Origin: Felis catus
Lineage: Eukaryota
Direction of reading: 5' to 3'
DNA length: 64,000 nt
NCBI RefSeq assembly: GCF_018350175.1
Contig: NC_058373.1
Coordinates: 105,030,001 to 105,094,000 of the forward strand
The position numbers and the translations under genes are program-made. Position 1 is the first letter of the stretch; every line of letters begins with the position of its first letter. The notes beneath the pieces were generated by a model. That model was not told the DNA's origin, searched no databases, and saw nothing but the letters and a program-made list of their open reading frames with translations. Below, in pieces: positions 1 through 18,583 of the stretch.

Positions 1-189
1 TCTTCGATGAGTCAATTCTTAAAGATTCCTAATTTAAGTGATTAATTTATATTTAGGGTTTGTATTTATTCTCAATACAGATTACTTTTGATTTATTACT
101 GGGAAATGGGTTAGTACAATAAATAACCATATATTAATTTGAAATTATTTTGTTATTATAAATTAATAAATCATTTTAATTTTTTGTAG

Positions 190-272
190 CCTATCAAAGT
201 TGTTCAATATAATATCAATACAGAAGAATTATATTCCTACTTAAAGGAATTCATCCACATACTGTATTTCAG
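190..272 (+). CDS. ACTR10: ACTR10 coding exon (probably exon 3); gene begins upstream of the window
   Basis: ttttgtag|CCT...TTCAG|gtaag; translates PIKVVQYNINTEELYSYLKEFIHILYF(R), matching recalled mammalian ACTR10. Confidence 0.95.
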
Positions 273-1024
273 GTAAGATGTAGTTGTGGTTTTTTCCCCC
301 CCTCAGCTTTTGTGATTAGATTTTCCTAAGGCCAGTCATAGTGATATTTGGTTCTGTTACATCTGATGCAAAAAAGAGTTGTCTTCCATTACCATTTTTA
401 CTTGTTTATTTTCAGCTGTTTCCAAAATATATTTGAAGACTAGATGATTGGCAAGCATAAGAGATACTGAAAGCAAATTAAATGTTCATTTATAACGGAG
501 GTTGGATAATTAAATTATTATATATCCATATAGTGAAACACTTTATAGCCATTAAAAAAGAGTTCTGTATATGTAATGATATAAAAGGTGTCTTAGATAT
601 ATTGATATTTGAAAAAAGTAAGTCGCAGAACAACATCTATGGAATAAATATTTCTGTTAAAATACGTGCATACACATGGACAATAATGAAGATATACAAA
701 CTGCTGTAAGTGGTAGTTTCTGTGTAGTCGAAGTGTAAAATATTTGTACTTTTCAAATTTTAAACTTCTATTATATTTGGAGTTTTATGAGCATATATTA
801 CTTTCGTAACCTAAAAATACACAAGTGTGTATTCAGACTAGGCTGTAACTTTTGTTTTCTGAGATAATTGCGTTAACAAAGATCATGACACAGTGCACGG
901 CATGTAATAAGAGGTCAGGAATGTTATCTTTACCAAGTAATAAAATGAAGATGTCTTTCTCTTCTTAACAAAATTGCACTATGTGCCAAAATAAATACAA
1001 ACTTTTATTTACATTTATAAATGA

Positions 1025-4990
<3,966 letters not shown>

Positions 4991-5149
4991 AGGAGTGTTT
5001 TTATTTATTAAGGTATATAGTTAGATTATGTAAATTCAGATAAATCAACAAACAGCCATAAAATGGTTGAAAAGCTATCATAAATATAATGTTACTGTGA
5101 ATTTTTTCAAGTATATTTGAAATATAAGGGAAGCGTCTTCAACTACTAA

Positions 5150-5365
<216 letters not shown>

Positions 5366-5759
5366 TAGGCTCATTATGATTGGTGTTTGTGGTCTCAAAC
5401 TGTTTTGGGTTACCATATACAAATATGAATTCCCATGTAGAAAAAATTCACAAGATTGTCATGAGACTTAAATTTGGTGGAAATTACCATTATGACATGG
5501 TCCCAGTATATACTCCAGGGGTCAGACCTCTTGAATATCGTGTTCAGTTTTTAAGAAGAACATCAGCTAATTAGGATGTGTCATAGGACTTGACTATCTT
5601 AGTCACGTTCTAAGAAAAGGGAATACAAAGAGTAATTGGAGAAAGTGAAATGAGAAAGTTAAATCAAGAAAAAACATGAAATCTGCCTTCAGATGCTGAA
5701 GGACTTACTGTGGGAAAATGAGTACGTTTTCTCCTTTTTCTATTTCTGCAGGCTATCAC

Positions 5760-6010
5760 AGAGGCAATAGTGCATAGGGTTTATGATGTTGGTTTTGGAA
5801 TCAAATACGTAAGTGGTAAATCTAAGCTATGTTTCTTACTATCTATACGATACTAGTCAAGTAATCTCTTTGGGCCTTAGGTCTCTCAACTATGAGATGA
5901 GAATTAAAATATTTCCACCTCATGGAGGGGTATTGTGTGACTTAAATGGGATAATGTATGTAAAGTATTTAGCATATGATCTGGCATGTAATAATTGCTC
6001 AGCAAGTGCC
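5760..6010 (+). mobile_element. MIR element (degenerate)
   Basis: MIR core-like text: caagtaatctctttgggccttaggtctctcaactatgagatgagaat...gtaaagtatttagca. Confidence 0.65.
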
Positions 6011-6809
6011 GTAGTTTTTGTATCAATCACCATTGGGAAGAACTTCCTCGTAATTCATGCTGTCCGAAAATGGAATTAGTGACCGAATACACTGGTGCAT
6101 TCCTTGTCATTAGAAGCAGGGTATAGGTAAAGGCTGTTAGAAATGTTACAGTGCACATGGCTCCAGTGAAAACGAGATTGAAATCTCTAAATCCATGATT
6201 CTTGAGCAGTTTTGAGATCTACATACGTATTTATTAGAAGAAATGCTTGTGGGCATGAAATCAAGAATCAGTAGCTCCTAAAGAACTAAATTAGGTAATA
6301 TCTTTTTGATTTATCTTTTTTAAACTTTTAAAATATTTTTTTAAGTTTATTTTGAGAGAGAGAGAGTATGCACAAGACCGGGAGAGGGGCAGAGGGAGAG
6401 AATCCCAAGCAGGCTCCACACGGTCAGTGCAGAGTCCATTGTGGGGGGCGGGGCTCCAACACATGAACCCTGAGGTCATGACCTGAGCTGAAACCGAGAA
6501 TCCGTTGCTTAACTGACTGAGCCACCCAGGCACCCTGGTAATAGCTTTTTAAATATAAACTATTTTGTGTTTATATCTTGTAACAATCCTGCCACGCAAG
6601 TAGTATTCTCCTTATTATATAAATGAGAAGATGGAAAGTTGGGATAGTTGACTGCAGGTCATATAAGCATATAGCCAAGGTATATAACCATGTTTGTTTC
6701 TAAAGCCAATGCTCTTACCAATATATATATTTTTTAAACATTGTACTTACAGACAATATGGAAAATAAGGTAGCAAATCTTCAGTACAGTATTGTCCACT
6801 ATCCTCTCA

Positions 6810-7112
6810 GCTCTAGTAGAAATACAACGTGAGACATATGTAATTTAAAATTTTTCTAGTAGCTACATTTTTAAAGTATAAGTGAAAGATGCAATTAGTG
6901 TATTTAACCCAATATATTCAAACTATTACTTCCACATAAGCTGTATAAAAACTATAATGAGATATTTTATAGGGCTTTCTGTATGTGTGTGTTAAGTCTT
7001 CTAAATTTGGTATTGGGTTTGTTCTTACAGCACATCTGAATTCAAACTGGCCACATTTCAAGTGCTCAGTAGCCACATGTGGCCAGTAGCTACTTTATTA
7101 GACACCTCAGTT
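6810..7112. mobile_element. MER3/MER33-like hAT-Charlie relic
   Basis: Characteristic gccacatttcaagtgctcagtagccacatgtggccagtagctac motif. Confidence 0.7.
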
Positions 7113-7318
7113 CTAACTAATGAATTCTGTGTGTATATGTGTGGGTGTGTGTAACCTTTGTCTTTGGAGAAAATTTTGAAAAAAGACTGATATTTTGTAC
7201 CTCTTAAAAATATTGAGAACCTGTTACCAAAGCTGACTTAATACGCAGAAGGTAAGGAAAATACCAAGGAAACCACATTTTATCTCCTAAAATGGTTACA
7301 TCCTTGACTACCCTATAG

Positions 7319-7386
7319 ATATATGAAGGGATCCCAGTACTGAATTGTTGGGGAGCACTCCCTCTAGGAGGAAAAGCTCTTCACAA
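7319..7386 (+). CDS. ACTR10: ACTR10 exon 6
   Basis: ctatag|ATA TAT GAA...CAC AA|gtaagt; IYEGIPVLNCWGALPLGGKALH(K). Confidence 0.95.
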
Positions 7387-7527
7387 GTAAGTTTCTTGGG
7401 ATTTAGCACATTTGCTTCACCTGTACCACAAAAACATGTGAATATTTTGACAGTATCAATAGAAGGTTGATGGACATTTAATGTCACTCATTCCATTCTC
7501 TCTTAGCCTTGAATGTATTCATCTTTT

Positions 7528-7637
7528 TTATTAATTTTATTTTTTTAATTTATATCCAAATTAGCATATAGTGCAACAATGATTTCAGGAATAGATTCCT
7601 TAACGCCCTTTACCCATTTAGCCCATCCCCCCCCCCG
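7528..7637 (-). mobile_element. 5'-truncated L1 3' end (about 110 bp)
   Basis: 15-bp TSD atgtattcatctttt at 7513-7527 and 7638-7652; T-rich tail; reverse complement resembles the L1 end at about 54060-54110. Confidence 0.8.
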
Positions 7638-7676
7638 ATGTATTCATCTTTTAAGCATAAAACCACTTTTGTGTAA

Positions 7677-7958
<282 letters not shown>

Positions 7959-8299
7959 TAATGACATTGCTTCAGTTATAGGGTTATTCTTCACCTCTTA
8001 ATCAAGTTCAGTAATTTAATCTTAGTCATACTTTCTAGACTTGTGGCATTGTGGATTATCATATACTCTTTTTTTTTTAAGTTTATTTTTGGGGGGACGG
8101 CCAGAGAGAGAAGTTGGGGGGGTGGGGAGAGAAACAGAAACCCAAGCAGGTTCCATGCCGCCAGCACAGAGCTTGACATGGGGCTCGAAGTGACAAACTG
8201 CGAGATCATGACCCAAGCCAAAACAAGTGTCAGGTGCCCAACCAACTGAGCCACCCAGGTGCCCCTGTCCTATACTCTTGATATTATCTCTTCCCTTGG

Positions 8300-9400
8300 C
8301 ATTCTGAGCTCTCTTGCTTTATGATGTTCTATTATTTCTCCAGGTATTCCTTGGTTCCCCCTGTTTTTGCTTTCTCTACTGATACTCCGTAGGGATGTGT
8401 TCTTTTATTTCTTCCCCCCCCCCCACACACTGGTTTTTAACAGTGATCTCATCTGTTTCCATAACTTCAGCTACATCAATATGCTGTTGATTCTCAAATG
8501 TGTCATTGGGCCTGACCTTTCTAAACTTGATACTCATATTTCCAACTGATTATTAGATGCAAACTAGGCATGTTTAGGTACCTCACATTTAAGACCTTCA
8601 AAATGGGAACACATTATCTCTTCTTCCATATTTATTTCAACAAATTGTTATCAGATAAAGATGCCATCTTCCTTATCTCCCATTTTAGAAAACTGGGAGT
8701 TAAAAATCCTTTCAGTTGTCCCTCAGAAATCTCTTTTTAATCTCATCTCCTTTTCTCTATCATCTATACCACTGACCATCTGAAAACAAAGACATTGTAA
8801 ACTAGACCCTCATTGTTTCTTGCTTGGATTGTTTCAGGAGACTATTCTCTGGACATATTCAGTCTATTTTCTACTGTTGCCAGGAGTAACTTCCACAATA
8901 CAAACTTGATTACCTTGCTCTTTGGCTTGAGGGTTTCTGCTGGCTCCACAGCTTAAAATCCAAGTTATTTGTTTGATAACATATTTCTTCCCAATCTGAC
9001 TTTCTACCTTGTAGCCCTAACTATTCAACTTAACCCTGTGCACCTTTTTCAGCTACAGTAAATTTCGTATAGTTTTCCAGGCACCACTAGTCCTCCCATA
9101 AACCTGAGCCTTCATACCTGGATGTTTTTCTTTGCCTGGTTGGGTTTTTCATCCCTCTACGTGACTCAGCCAGAGTGTCATTTTATTGTGAAGCCTTTTG
9201 CATTTCCCCCAAGCAGAATAAATTTCTCCCCTCTCTGTTAAGCCCTCACCAGCATTTATTACAGCACATATGACACATCCTCATTTACCTGTTAACTCAC
9301 CAATTTCCTTCAGTACACTTTAGGGATCTGTCTTACTTGTTTTTCAATCTGAAGCACTTAGTATACTACCTAGGCACTAAATAAATGTTGGAAAGAGAAA
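8300..9400. mobile_element. Degenerate L2 fragments
   Basis: Pyrimidine-rich L2-like text ending in ...cctaggcactaaataaatgttgg. Confidence 0.55.
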
Positions 9401-11846
9401 GACAGGTTTTTAGGACGTTTATCCTTGCTTATATTGTTTTCCTGTTTTTCTTTTGGTAGTTAAGATAATAATTGTATTCTATATATTTTTCTTTTTTTTT
9501 TAATTTTATTTAAAATTTAAAAAAAAATATTTATTTATTTTTGAGAGAGAGAGAGACAGCATGTGAGCAGGGGAGGAGAAGAGAGAGAGGGAGACACAGA
9601 ATCTGAAGCAGGCTCCAGGCTCTGAGCTGTCAGCACAGAGCCTGGCACAGGGCTTGAACTCGAGCCGTGAGATCATGATGGGAGCTGAAGTCGGACGCTT
9701 ACCCGACTAAGCCACCAGGGTGCCCCAGAGAGAGAGAATCTTAAGCATGGGCTCGATCCCAGGACCCTGGGATCATGACCTGAGCCAGACAAGGTCATCA
9801 CATTAAGAGTCAGACACTCAACTGACTGAGCCACCCAGGCACCCCTAATTTATCTGTTGCAGGTAAATTTTGTTACTCTTTTAGTATGTCATGAAGACAA
9901 AAGTATCCAAAGATAATGAGTTTAATGTAGCATTCGAAATATTTTTACTAAAGATCTTTAAAAGTGATGATAACATTTCCTTACAATTCTGAACTGTACA
10001 TTCTTGGATACCCTTTCTTTAACCAACCATCGTGGTCTCTGATTCTAATCTTTCCGTGATATATTTTCCCAAATCTGAGTCTGTGATAGCCTTGCAGTCC
10101 TACTGACTGAGGAATTAAATCATATCATTGTTTGCTGAAGGACACGTGTAGGAGGATCAGAAATGCAAATACATTTAAAATATCTCTTCTCAAGGTTCTT
10201 AGCAAGGAGGAGAGGCAAATCTCATGTATATGTGGGTATCCTTATATGAACTTTGAATGAGTTTTTTCATTTAATTTTTGGAACCTAGTTCAAAAAGAAT
10301 AAAATACATTAAAGTAACTTATAAAGACTAACCCAAGTACATTGATTCAACAAAAAGTGTACAGTTAAAAGCAAATTATGTAAGAATATAGGGGGGTAGC
10401 ATCTACCCCCAGCTAAAATAAGGGTTTTATTTTCAAGCCTGCTTTACTTTTTTTTTTTTTTTTTTGCCTAAAGAAAACTGTTTCTCATGTTACAAAATTT
10501 CTTTGTTACATTTTGAAATTCATTTGAATATGCCTAAAGAAAATATAACATTAATTGAATGTTACAGTTTTTAGCACTTATATTATAGTTACATTTCTCT
10601 CATCTCTTTATAGCCAAATTAAAATTTTTTTGGAAATCTCTATCCTTTTGTGAGGTACGTTCCAACACTTAAGGATAGAAGTCTTCAAAGTATTTGATCA
10701 CACACTGACCCCATCAGTAAAAAGCTTTTGAGCATATACCTTCAATACATATGTGTGTTTATTTGTAAGTTGTATGTATACCACTATTACTATATTATGA
10801 AACACAAAAGTAAGGTTTTGGGAAGGACAAGATAATGGTAAATAATAATTCTAACGTTATACTTAACTAGGGCTAAAAGTTTTTTGTTCCTCAAAACAAC
10901 GTGATAAAATATTTTTTTAAGGGTTATGGCTTAATATTTTGAAGGTGTGGCTTTCAAGTTTAATTTATATTAATACTTAGTTTTAGTGGCTGCCATAACT
11001 TAAAGATATAGCTAACAAGGTATGTAAGTTCAGATGGAAGAAGTGCATGATTACCCTTATTAAATCATGATTCCATTTTCAGCTATAAATTTCTGTCTTC
11101 TTTGATATAAATAATTTGTTCTTATAAATCAGAATATTTTTACATAATTAACAATGAGTTAAAAAGTCTGAGTTTAGAAGATTTTAATTTTAGGTTAGAA
11201 AATTTTGTTTCTGAGTCTGACTTGGAGAACTAGATTTTTAGCAACAAAATCACATAAAAATGGTAATATATCCAAACATCCACCTTCTAGAGGCTCCCTA
11301 AATTGTATAGATTTCTTTGAATAGATACATTCTTGCTCACTTTTTTAAATGTCACCTTTACCTTGAAGAAAAAAAGTTGAGAGTCTGTGTCTGATCCTTT
11401 CTAAAAATAAGTATTAGGTTAGCATATTACCGACATTACAGAAGGATAAGCAAACTTGAAACATCACTTTTTGTACAAGAAAAATTAATAACTCCTATTT
11501 CTTCTAAGTAGTTTACCACAAGATACCCAACAAATCTTTTCATAGCAGAAAGGATTGTTGTGGTCAATTTCTATGTGGTGCCAATTATTCTAATATATTA
11601 TTAGATCTTGTTTTTATCCAAGTTTTGAGTGTGTAATATCTGGTAGGACTTGGTGCACATCTGGCTTCAACTTCTGTGCTTTGGCTTGGCTTTGAAAAAT
11701 GGTGGCGTTTCTATTTGGCTTTTAAAAAGCTACATTACTTAGCTCTTTAAAAAATTTTGCGCAAATGGAAAGTGGAATTGTGAGTGCAATTTAATGGACT
11801 GGTTTTGCTTATTATTAAACTTCTCTAAATAAAATTTCTGTTTTAG

Positions 11847-11882
11847 GTTCAATTCCAGAAGGTGTCCTAGAGGACATTAAAG
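11847..11882 (+). CDS. ACTR10: ACTR10 exon 8 (36 nt)
   Basis: ttttag|GT TCA ATT CCA GAA GGT GTC CTA GAG GAC ATT AAA G|gtaaac; (G)SIPEGVLEDIK. Confidence 0.93.
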
Positions 11883-13995
11883 GTAAACTAAGTTCCCACT
11901 TTTGTCCCTTTTATCCTTAAGTATTAGTTTAGAGGGCATGTGTTTCTAAATATTTACAGATGTACAACATATATTCAATTGATAATGTAATATCCTAAAA
12001 GTATTTAATATACAGGATAAGCTATATGATAATGTAAATGAAATGTTTATTTTCCTTTAGATTTATGGAAGCTTTTGCCATTATTTATGATGTCTTATTG
12101 AAGAAACTACAATTATACAGTAATACCAGGGAATTAATAGTTTGCACAGTATTAATAAACTGCTTAAGAAAGCCACTGGTTTTATGTTGTATAGAATTTT
12201 TTTTACTCTAGTTTTTAAATACATATATACAAGGTTAATCATTTTACTGACTTTAGAAGTTCCATATTTGGGGCCAAAATATATTGGATTCACTTTTTTT
12301 TTTTAATTTTTAATGTTTATTTTTAGTTTTGAGAGAGAGAGAGAGAGAGCGCGCTCGTGCGCGAGCACAAGTGGGGGAGGGGCAGAGAGAGAGGGAGACA
12401 CAGAATCTGAAGCAGGCTCCAGGCTCTGAGCTGTCAGCACAGAGCCCCACTTGGGGCTCGAACCCACGAACCGTGAGATCATGACCTGAGCCGGAGTTGG
12501 ATGCTTAACCAGCTAAACCATGCAGGCACCCTTGGAGTTGCTTTAAAAAGATATATTACTTCTTTGCTAGAGTGTGTTTTTATGATAATGTTTAAATTGA
12601 GTTTTCTGATATTTTGATTCACTGAAAGGAAAAGCATTTAAAATATAATTTCATATTCTTCAGTACTGACAATGTCATGTAAAATTCATAAGAGAGAATC
12701 AGACAATAATGGATTTTAGAATTAAATGAGACCTGAAGATAATCTGGTGTGGTTGGGGCCCTGAAATATTAAGTGATTTGTTCAGTGTAATACTGTAGGT
12801 AGGGTTAGAGCTGGAGCTGAAAGATGGATCTTGTTCTTCATTATGTTGTTTACTTATGTGATATAATTACCAAAAAATTTCTTCACTTATTGTAATACCT
12901 GAGTTTTACAATATGTAGATACTTATCTTGCTTTGATATTTATGAGGACTTGAATAAAATAGATAATACCCAAGTAACTTGAGCACCTAGCTTACTATTA
13001 GCATATTAGTATATTGTAGATTCTCAATATGTTTTAACGAATAAAAAGACTCTTATTAGGATACATATATTTAACGTGTTTTGCAAGTAATTAACCAAGT
13101 CATTAGATTTTTCACATTCAACATTAATTTCGTTTCTAGTTAAACATTTTTTATTCCTTACCTTCTGAAAATATTTTAAAGCAGCTTGTTATAAAAGGTA
13201 CTTTGCAACTCGAATAATGTTTGACAGAATAAATGTTCAAAGTGAAAAAAAAAGTGGGATAGTAGAGGGAAAATGGTAGTGTTGGGGTATGCTAGAGGTA
13301 GAAAATAATATGCCAAAAAACCCTAAACTAAGGGAGCCTTACTGCAGCTAAGAGCAAAATTTAGCCTTGCGTTCATTCTGACCACGATTTTTATTTTATT
13401 TTTATTTTTTATTTTTTTAGAGAGAAAAGAGTGCATGCAAACAGGCGAGAGGGGCAGACGAAAAGAGGGAATCTTAAGCAGGCTCCGCACTGAGCATGGA
13501 GCCTGACACAGGGTTTGATCCATGACCCTGGGCTCATGACCTGAGCCAAAATCAAGAGTTGGACCTTCAACCAACTGAGATATTCAGGCAACCCTGGCCA
13601 ACCAAGATTTTTAAAAAGAATCAGATAGATACTTAAGATTAGGGATAGCAGTGGTTCAAAGGAACATGGTACTCAGAATAGCTACATATTCATAATACTA
13701 AATTTTATTATGGTACTCTTTATGCCAGGAATATAAAAAATATAGTTTTCTCAGAGGTGTTTTATTTGTAATGTGGTTTTGTGAAAGATGAGCACACAAC
13801 ATATCTTATTCCTCAGTGAATGAAAAAGTTTTTTATTTGTGAATAAATTCTCATAACCAAACTAAAGGCAGAGATAGTTTGTAAAATCTGAAGGAATAGG
13901 TGACCAGTATGTCCACTTGAATAGAATTGTTTTAACTGGGACAGAGATCGATTCAATCACAAACCATAACAAAATCTCCTTTTCTTTCTTGTAAG

Positions 13996-14075
13996 TGCGC
14001 ACTTGCTTTGTAAGTGATCTGAAACGTGGATTAAAAATCCAAGCAGCAAAATTTAATATTGATGGGAATACTGAG
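13996..14075 (+). CDS. ACTR10: ACTR10 exon 9
   Basis: tttcttgtaag|TG CGC ACT...ACT GAG|gtaagt; (V)RTCFVSDLKRGLKIQAAKFNIDGNTE. Confidence 0.93.
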
Positions 14076-14079
14076 GTAA

Positions 14080-14229
<150 letters not shown>

Positions 14230-14520
14230 TAGACCTTAATTTTTATGAGCAAAATAATGAACTAAAATGAATTTTTGGCTTTTAAAAATATATAAGCCTT
14301 TAATATTGCTGATTTAACAATTTTATGTGTTTTTCAGTACGCCTCCCTGTTCATGATTAATTTTATTCAACTTCTTAATTTTGAAAAGTTTTATTTTGTA
14401 AAATTTTTAAAATTATATAAAAATATTTAAATTAAAAAAAAATTTTTTCCTGCTCTTCATAGTAATTTAGAAGTAATGGAACTATTCTTCAAGGTAGAGA
14501 ATAAAGTACAATACTTTAAA

Positions 14521-14715
14521 ACAGGGTTCAGCAAACCTTTTTTGTAAAGAGGTTTGTGAGCCATATGGTCTCTGTTGCAAGTACTCAAGTCTACAATTTG
14601 GAATGCAAAATCAGCCACAAGACAATATGTAAATGAATGAGCATGGCTGTGTTCCAATTTACAAAGATAAGTGGGCTGGATTTGGCTTACAGGCCATAGT
14701 TTGCTGGCACCTGCT
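14521..14715. mobile_element. MER58A-like hAT MITE
   Basis: cagggttcagcaaac ... gtttgctggcacctg terminal inverted repeats. Confidence 0.75.
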
Positions 14716-15762
14716 TTGAAACGTCATGTTAGAAGGAATGCGTTCTTCCAAATATGCTAAATCTTAAGGACCAGTTAGTAATTCACTTTTTCATTTTCTT
14801 TATTCTATCCAATGATGCTATATAAGTTACAGACTTACATAATTATATTGGTAAGAATAGCATTTTGTTTATATACAAGCTTTGTAATATTTGTATGTAC
14901 AGGGGCACCTGGGTGGGTCAGTTGGTTGAGCATCTGACTCTTGATTTCAGCTCAGATCATGATCCCAGGGTCATGGGATCGAGCCCTGCATCGGGCTCTG
15001 CACTGAGTGTGGAGCTTGCTTGGGATTCTCTCTCTCTCTCTTTGCCCCTCTCTCCTGGTCACATGTGCACTTTCTCTAAAATAACAGTAAAAATAAATAG
15101 TTTGTAGCTCTTATAAAAAAATAAAAATTTAAATTTGTATTTATAAGTTTCATTTGTAAAATATTAGATCAGAAGATGCCACAGAAAAGAATTATGTAGA
15201 TATTGAAGATCTGAGGTAATACAGAGGTTGAGATCTATAAGGGTGAACATGAATACACAGATGTTACAGATGGTAGGGTAGGAGAACAACAGAGTGAGAA
15301 TGTAATACTTTTTGGTAGTAGCTTTTATCATTTTACCTCTTCTTTAGGTTATACTCCTTAAGTTACTGTTTTAAATTTTCTCCAGGTTGTATAGTAGAGC
15401 CCAAAATACAAGAAGAAAATAAATGTTGAAGGAGATGAATATGCAACTTTTTGGTTCATAATAGCTTTTTGGTTATTTGGGAATAAAAAAAACACTGTCT
15501 CACATTTCAGACCCAGTGGATTTACAGTTGTCTGCTCATGTGTTTTTTCCTACTAAAAATCGAGTTCCATTGAAACATAATTAGACACGGTTCAGACCAC
15601 ACACACAGTTCGTAAGTCAGAAGGGTCATTTGAATTTTTAAGTGCAGCGAGAACTTAAAGTTATTTGTGTATCCGTCTTGGTACAGAATTCTTATTGGTG
15701 GTTTTTTTAGACTTTTATAGTTGGATTACCTGTATTAAAAAGATTTTAAAAATGATTGTCTT

Positions 15763-15990
15763 GGGGCGCCTGGGTGGCGCAGTCGGTTAAGCGTCCGACT
15801 TCAGCCAGGTCACGATCTCGCGGTCCGTGAGTTCGAGCCCCGCGTCAGGCTCTGGGCTGATGGCTCAGAGCCTGGAGCCTGTTTCCGATTCTGTGTCTCC
15901 CTCTCTCTCTGCCCCTCCCCCGTTCATGCTCTGTCTCTCTGTCCCAAAAAAAATAAATAAACGTTGAAAAAAAAAATTAAAAAAAAAAAA
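15763..15990 (+). mobile_element. Young felid SINE (SINEC_Fc-like), full length
   Basis: 15-bp TSD aaaaatgattgtctt (15748-15762, 15986-16000); CpGs intact. Confidence 0.93.
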
Positions 15991-17480
15991 TGATTGTCTT
16001 TTCGAAGCATTCAACAGTTCACAGAGAAAAACAACTTATTTTCTACCCCTAGTATTTTGTGGGTTAAGTAACAGTAAAATTGCGTAATTTCAATATCAAA
16101 TCTATTGGCAATAAAAGACTTGGAACAAGAAAACTATTGTTCCGTAAGCATTCAACTCAACTGGTGGAAGTGGAATTCTGCAGGCATTACAGCAGGTGGC
16201 TGACTACCTACGAGTGTTCAGCATACTGCAGGCCTCAGTAACCTTACTGATGACATGAGGAGCTAGTGAGTGGGTGGAATCTCATGAAGAGAATTTTATG
16301 TTTTGAAGAAGATTCAAGAAAGCTTCAGAGTGGTGTGCATAGTCTGATCTAAATCTTATTTTTAAGAAATAGTGTTTATATATGCATATGCGTAAGTAGT
16401 TTTATATTGCATTGCTCAGGATTTAGTTTGGCCACCAGTGACACAAACCTGACAATAGTGGCTTCACCAAGATAGGAGTTTGTCTCTCTCTTTTCAGCTT
16501 TGTTTGTTTGTTTGTTTGTTTGTTTTTGAGAGGGAGGGAGGGAAGGAGGAAGGAGGAGGTGAGCTGGGCAGGGGCAGAGGGAGGGAGGGAGAGAATCCCA
16601 AGCAGACTCCATGCTATCAGCACAGAGCTCCATGCGGGGCTTGAACTCACGAACTGTGAGACCATGACTGGAGCGGACATCAATAGTCGGTGCTTTGCCA
16701 ACTGAGCCCCTCGGGCGCCCCGTCTCTCTCTTTTAAAAGAAGCTCAGAGGTAGATAGTCCAGGAATGGTATGACAGCTCCCACCAGGGACCCAAACATCC
16801 TTCATCTTTCATCCTTTTGGGGGTAGCCCTGTCCTTAGATACCAGGGTGGTCGATACAGTTAAAGCTACTATATCTGTATTTAAAGCAAGCAGCCCTAGG
16901 AAGGGAAAGAAAAAAGTGCTCCTGTCCTTTTTAAGGAGATGTCTTTCAGAAGTCCCAAATGCCACTTCTGCCTCCATCTCATTGTCTGTTCCTTAGCTAC
17001 ACATCTAACTGCAAGGGAGGCAGGTAAATACAGTGTTTCAACTGGAGGAGGGCATTATATCCAGCCTAAAAATGGAGCTCTTTTTTTTTCAAATTACAGG
17101 ATTTACAGGATATTGCAAAGATGATATAGGAAAGCCTCATGTACTCTTCATGCAGTTTCTCCCAATGGTTACACCTTACTTAACTGTAGTACAATAGCAA
17201 AACCAGTAATTGGCATCAGTGTAACATGTATATATAGTTTGTATAATTTTATCACACGTAGATTTCTGTAATCACACCACAATTAAGATATAGAACTATT
17301 CCATCACCACAAAGACCTTCCTTGTGCTATCCCAAAATGGGTTCTTTTGAGAACAAATAGGAAAATGGAAAATGGGTATTTTATTAGGCAACTAGCAGTC
17401 TTTGCCATACGTTATTTTTAAAAACAAGAGAACTGCTTGGGGAGGGGATTGTTTTTAAATCTTTTGTATCACTACAGATC

Positions 17481-17922
17481 TTTTTTTTTTTTAATTTTTT
17501 TTTTTTCAACGTTTATTTATTTTTGGGACAGAGAGAGACAGAGCATGAACGGGGGAGGGGCAGAGAGAGAGGGAGACACAGAATTGGAAACAGGCTCCAG
17601 GCTCTGAGCCATCAGCCCAGAGCCTGACGCGGGGCTCGAACTCACGGACCGCAAGATCGTGAGCTGGCTGAAGTCAGACGCTTAACCGACTGCGCCACCC
17701 AGGCGCCCCAGATCTTTTTTTTTTTTAATGTTTACTTTTATTTTTGAGAGAGAGAGAGTGCACACAAGCAGGGGAGGGACAAAGAGTGAGGGGAACAGAG
17801 GATCTGAAGCAGGCTCTGTGCTGACAGCAGAGAGCCTGATGCAGGGCTCGAACTCATGAACTTTGACATATGACCTGAGGCGAAGTTGGATGCTTAACTG
17901 ACTAAGCCACCCTGGCACCCCC
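17481..17922 (-). mobile_element. Two tandem SINEs; a young copy inserted in the tail/TSD of an older one
   Basis: cagatct repeated at about 17475, 17710 and 17922, delimiting both elements. Confidence 0.85.
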
Positions 17923-18460
17923 AGATCTGTTTCTTGAATCTTAACTAACTTTTATAGAATCACTTGTTTTCTGTTATTAGGCTTAAGGAAGTATAACTGG
18001 GCAAAATGTCTGTTAATCTGTACATAATAATAGTTACAGTTAATACATAAGGAGGGCCTCCTGTGTACCAGGCACTGTTCTATTGATTCATTGAATCCTC
18101 ACCTCAAACACCTGTGAGGCAGGTGCTGGTCTCCTCATTTACAAATGCCAACACCTCGTGTTTTAATTTTTTTTTTATGTTTATTTTTGAGAGGGAGAGA
18201 CAGAGTGCAAGTGGGGGAAGAGCAGAGGGAGGAGGACGCAGAATCCGAGGCAGGTTCCAGGCTCTGAGCTGTTAGCACAGAGCTGAGCTGTGGGGCTCGA
18301 GCCTCTAAACTGTCAGATCATGACCTGAGCCGAAGTCAGATGCTTAACCGACTGAGCCACCCATGTGCCCCCAAACACCTTCTGTTTTCATAATTATTCT
18401 ATGTTAACATAGTACTGGTACTTAAAAAATAGAACCGATGATATATTTTCTATCATATGA

Positions 18461-18583
<123 letters not shown>

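Noticed and set aside
10392..10410. GGGGGTAG-CAT-CTACCCCC hairpin (similar one at 40021-40039)
   Set aside because: 8-bp stems are expected by chance in 64 kb, and there is no supporting context.
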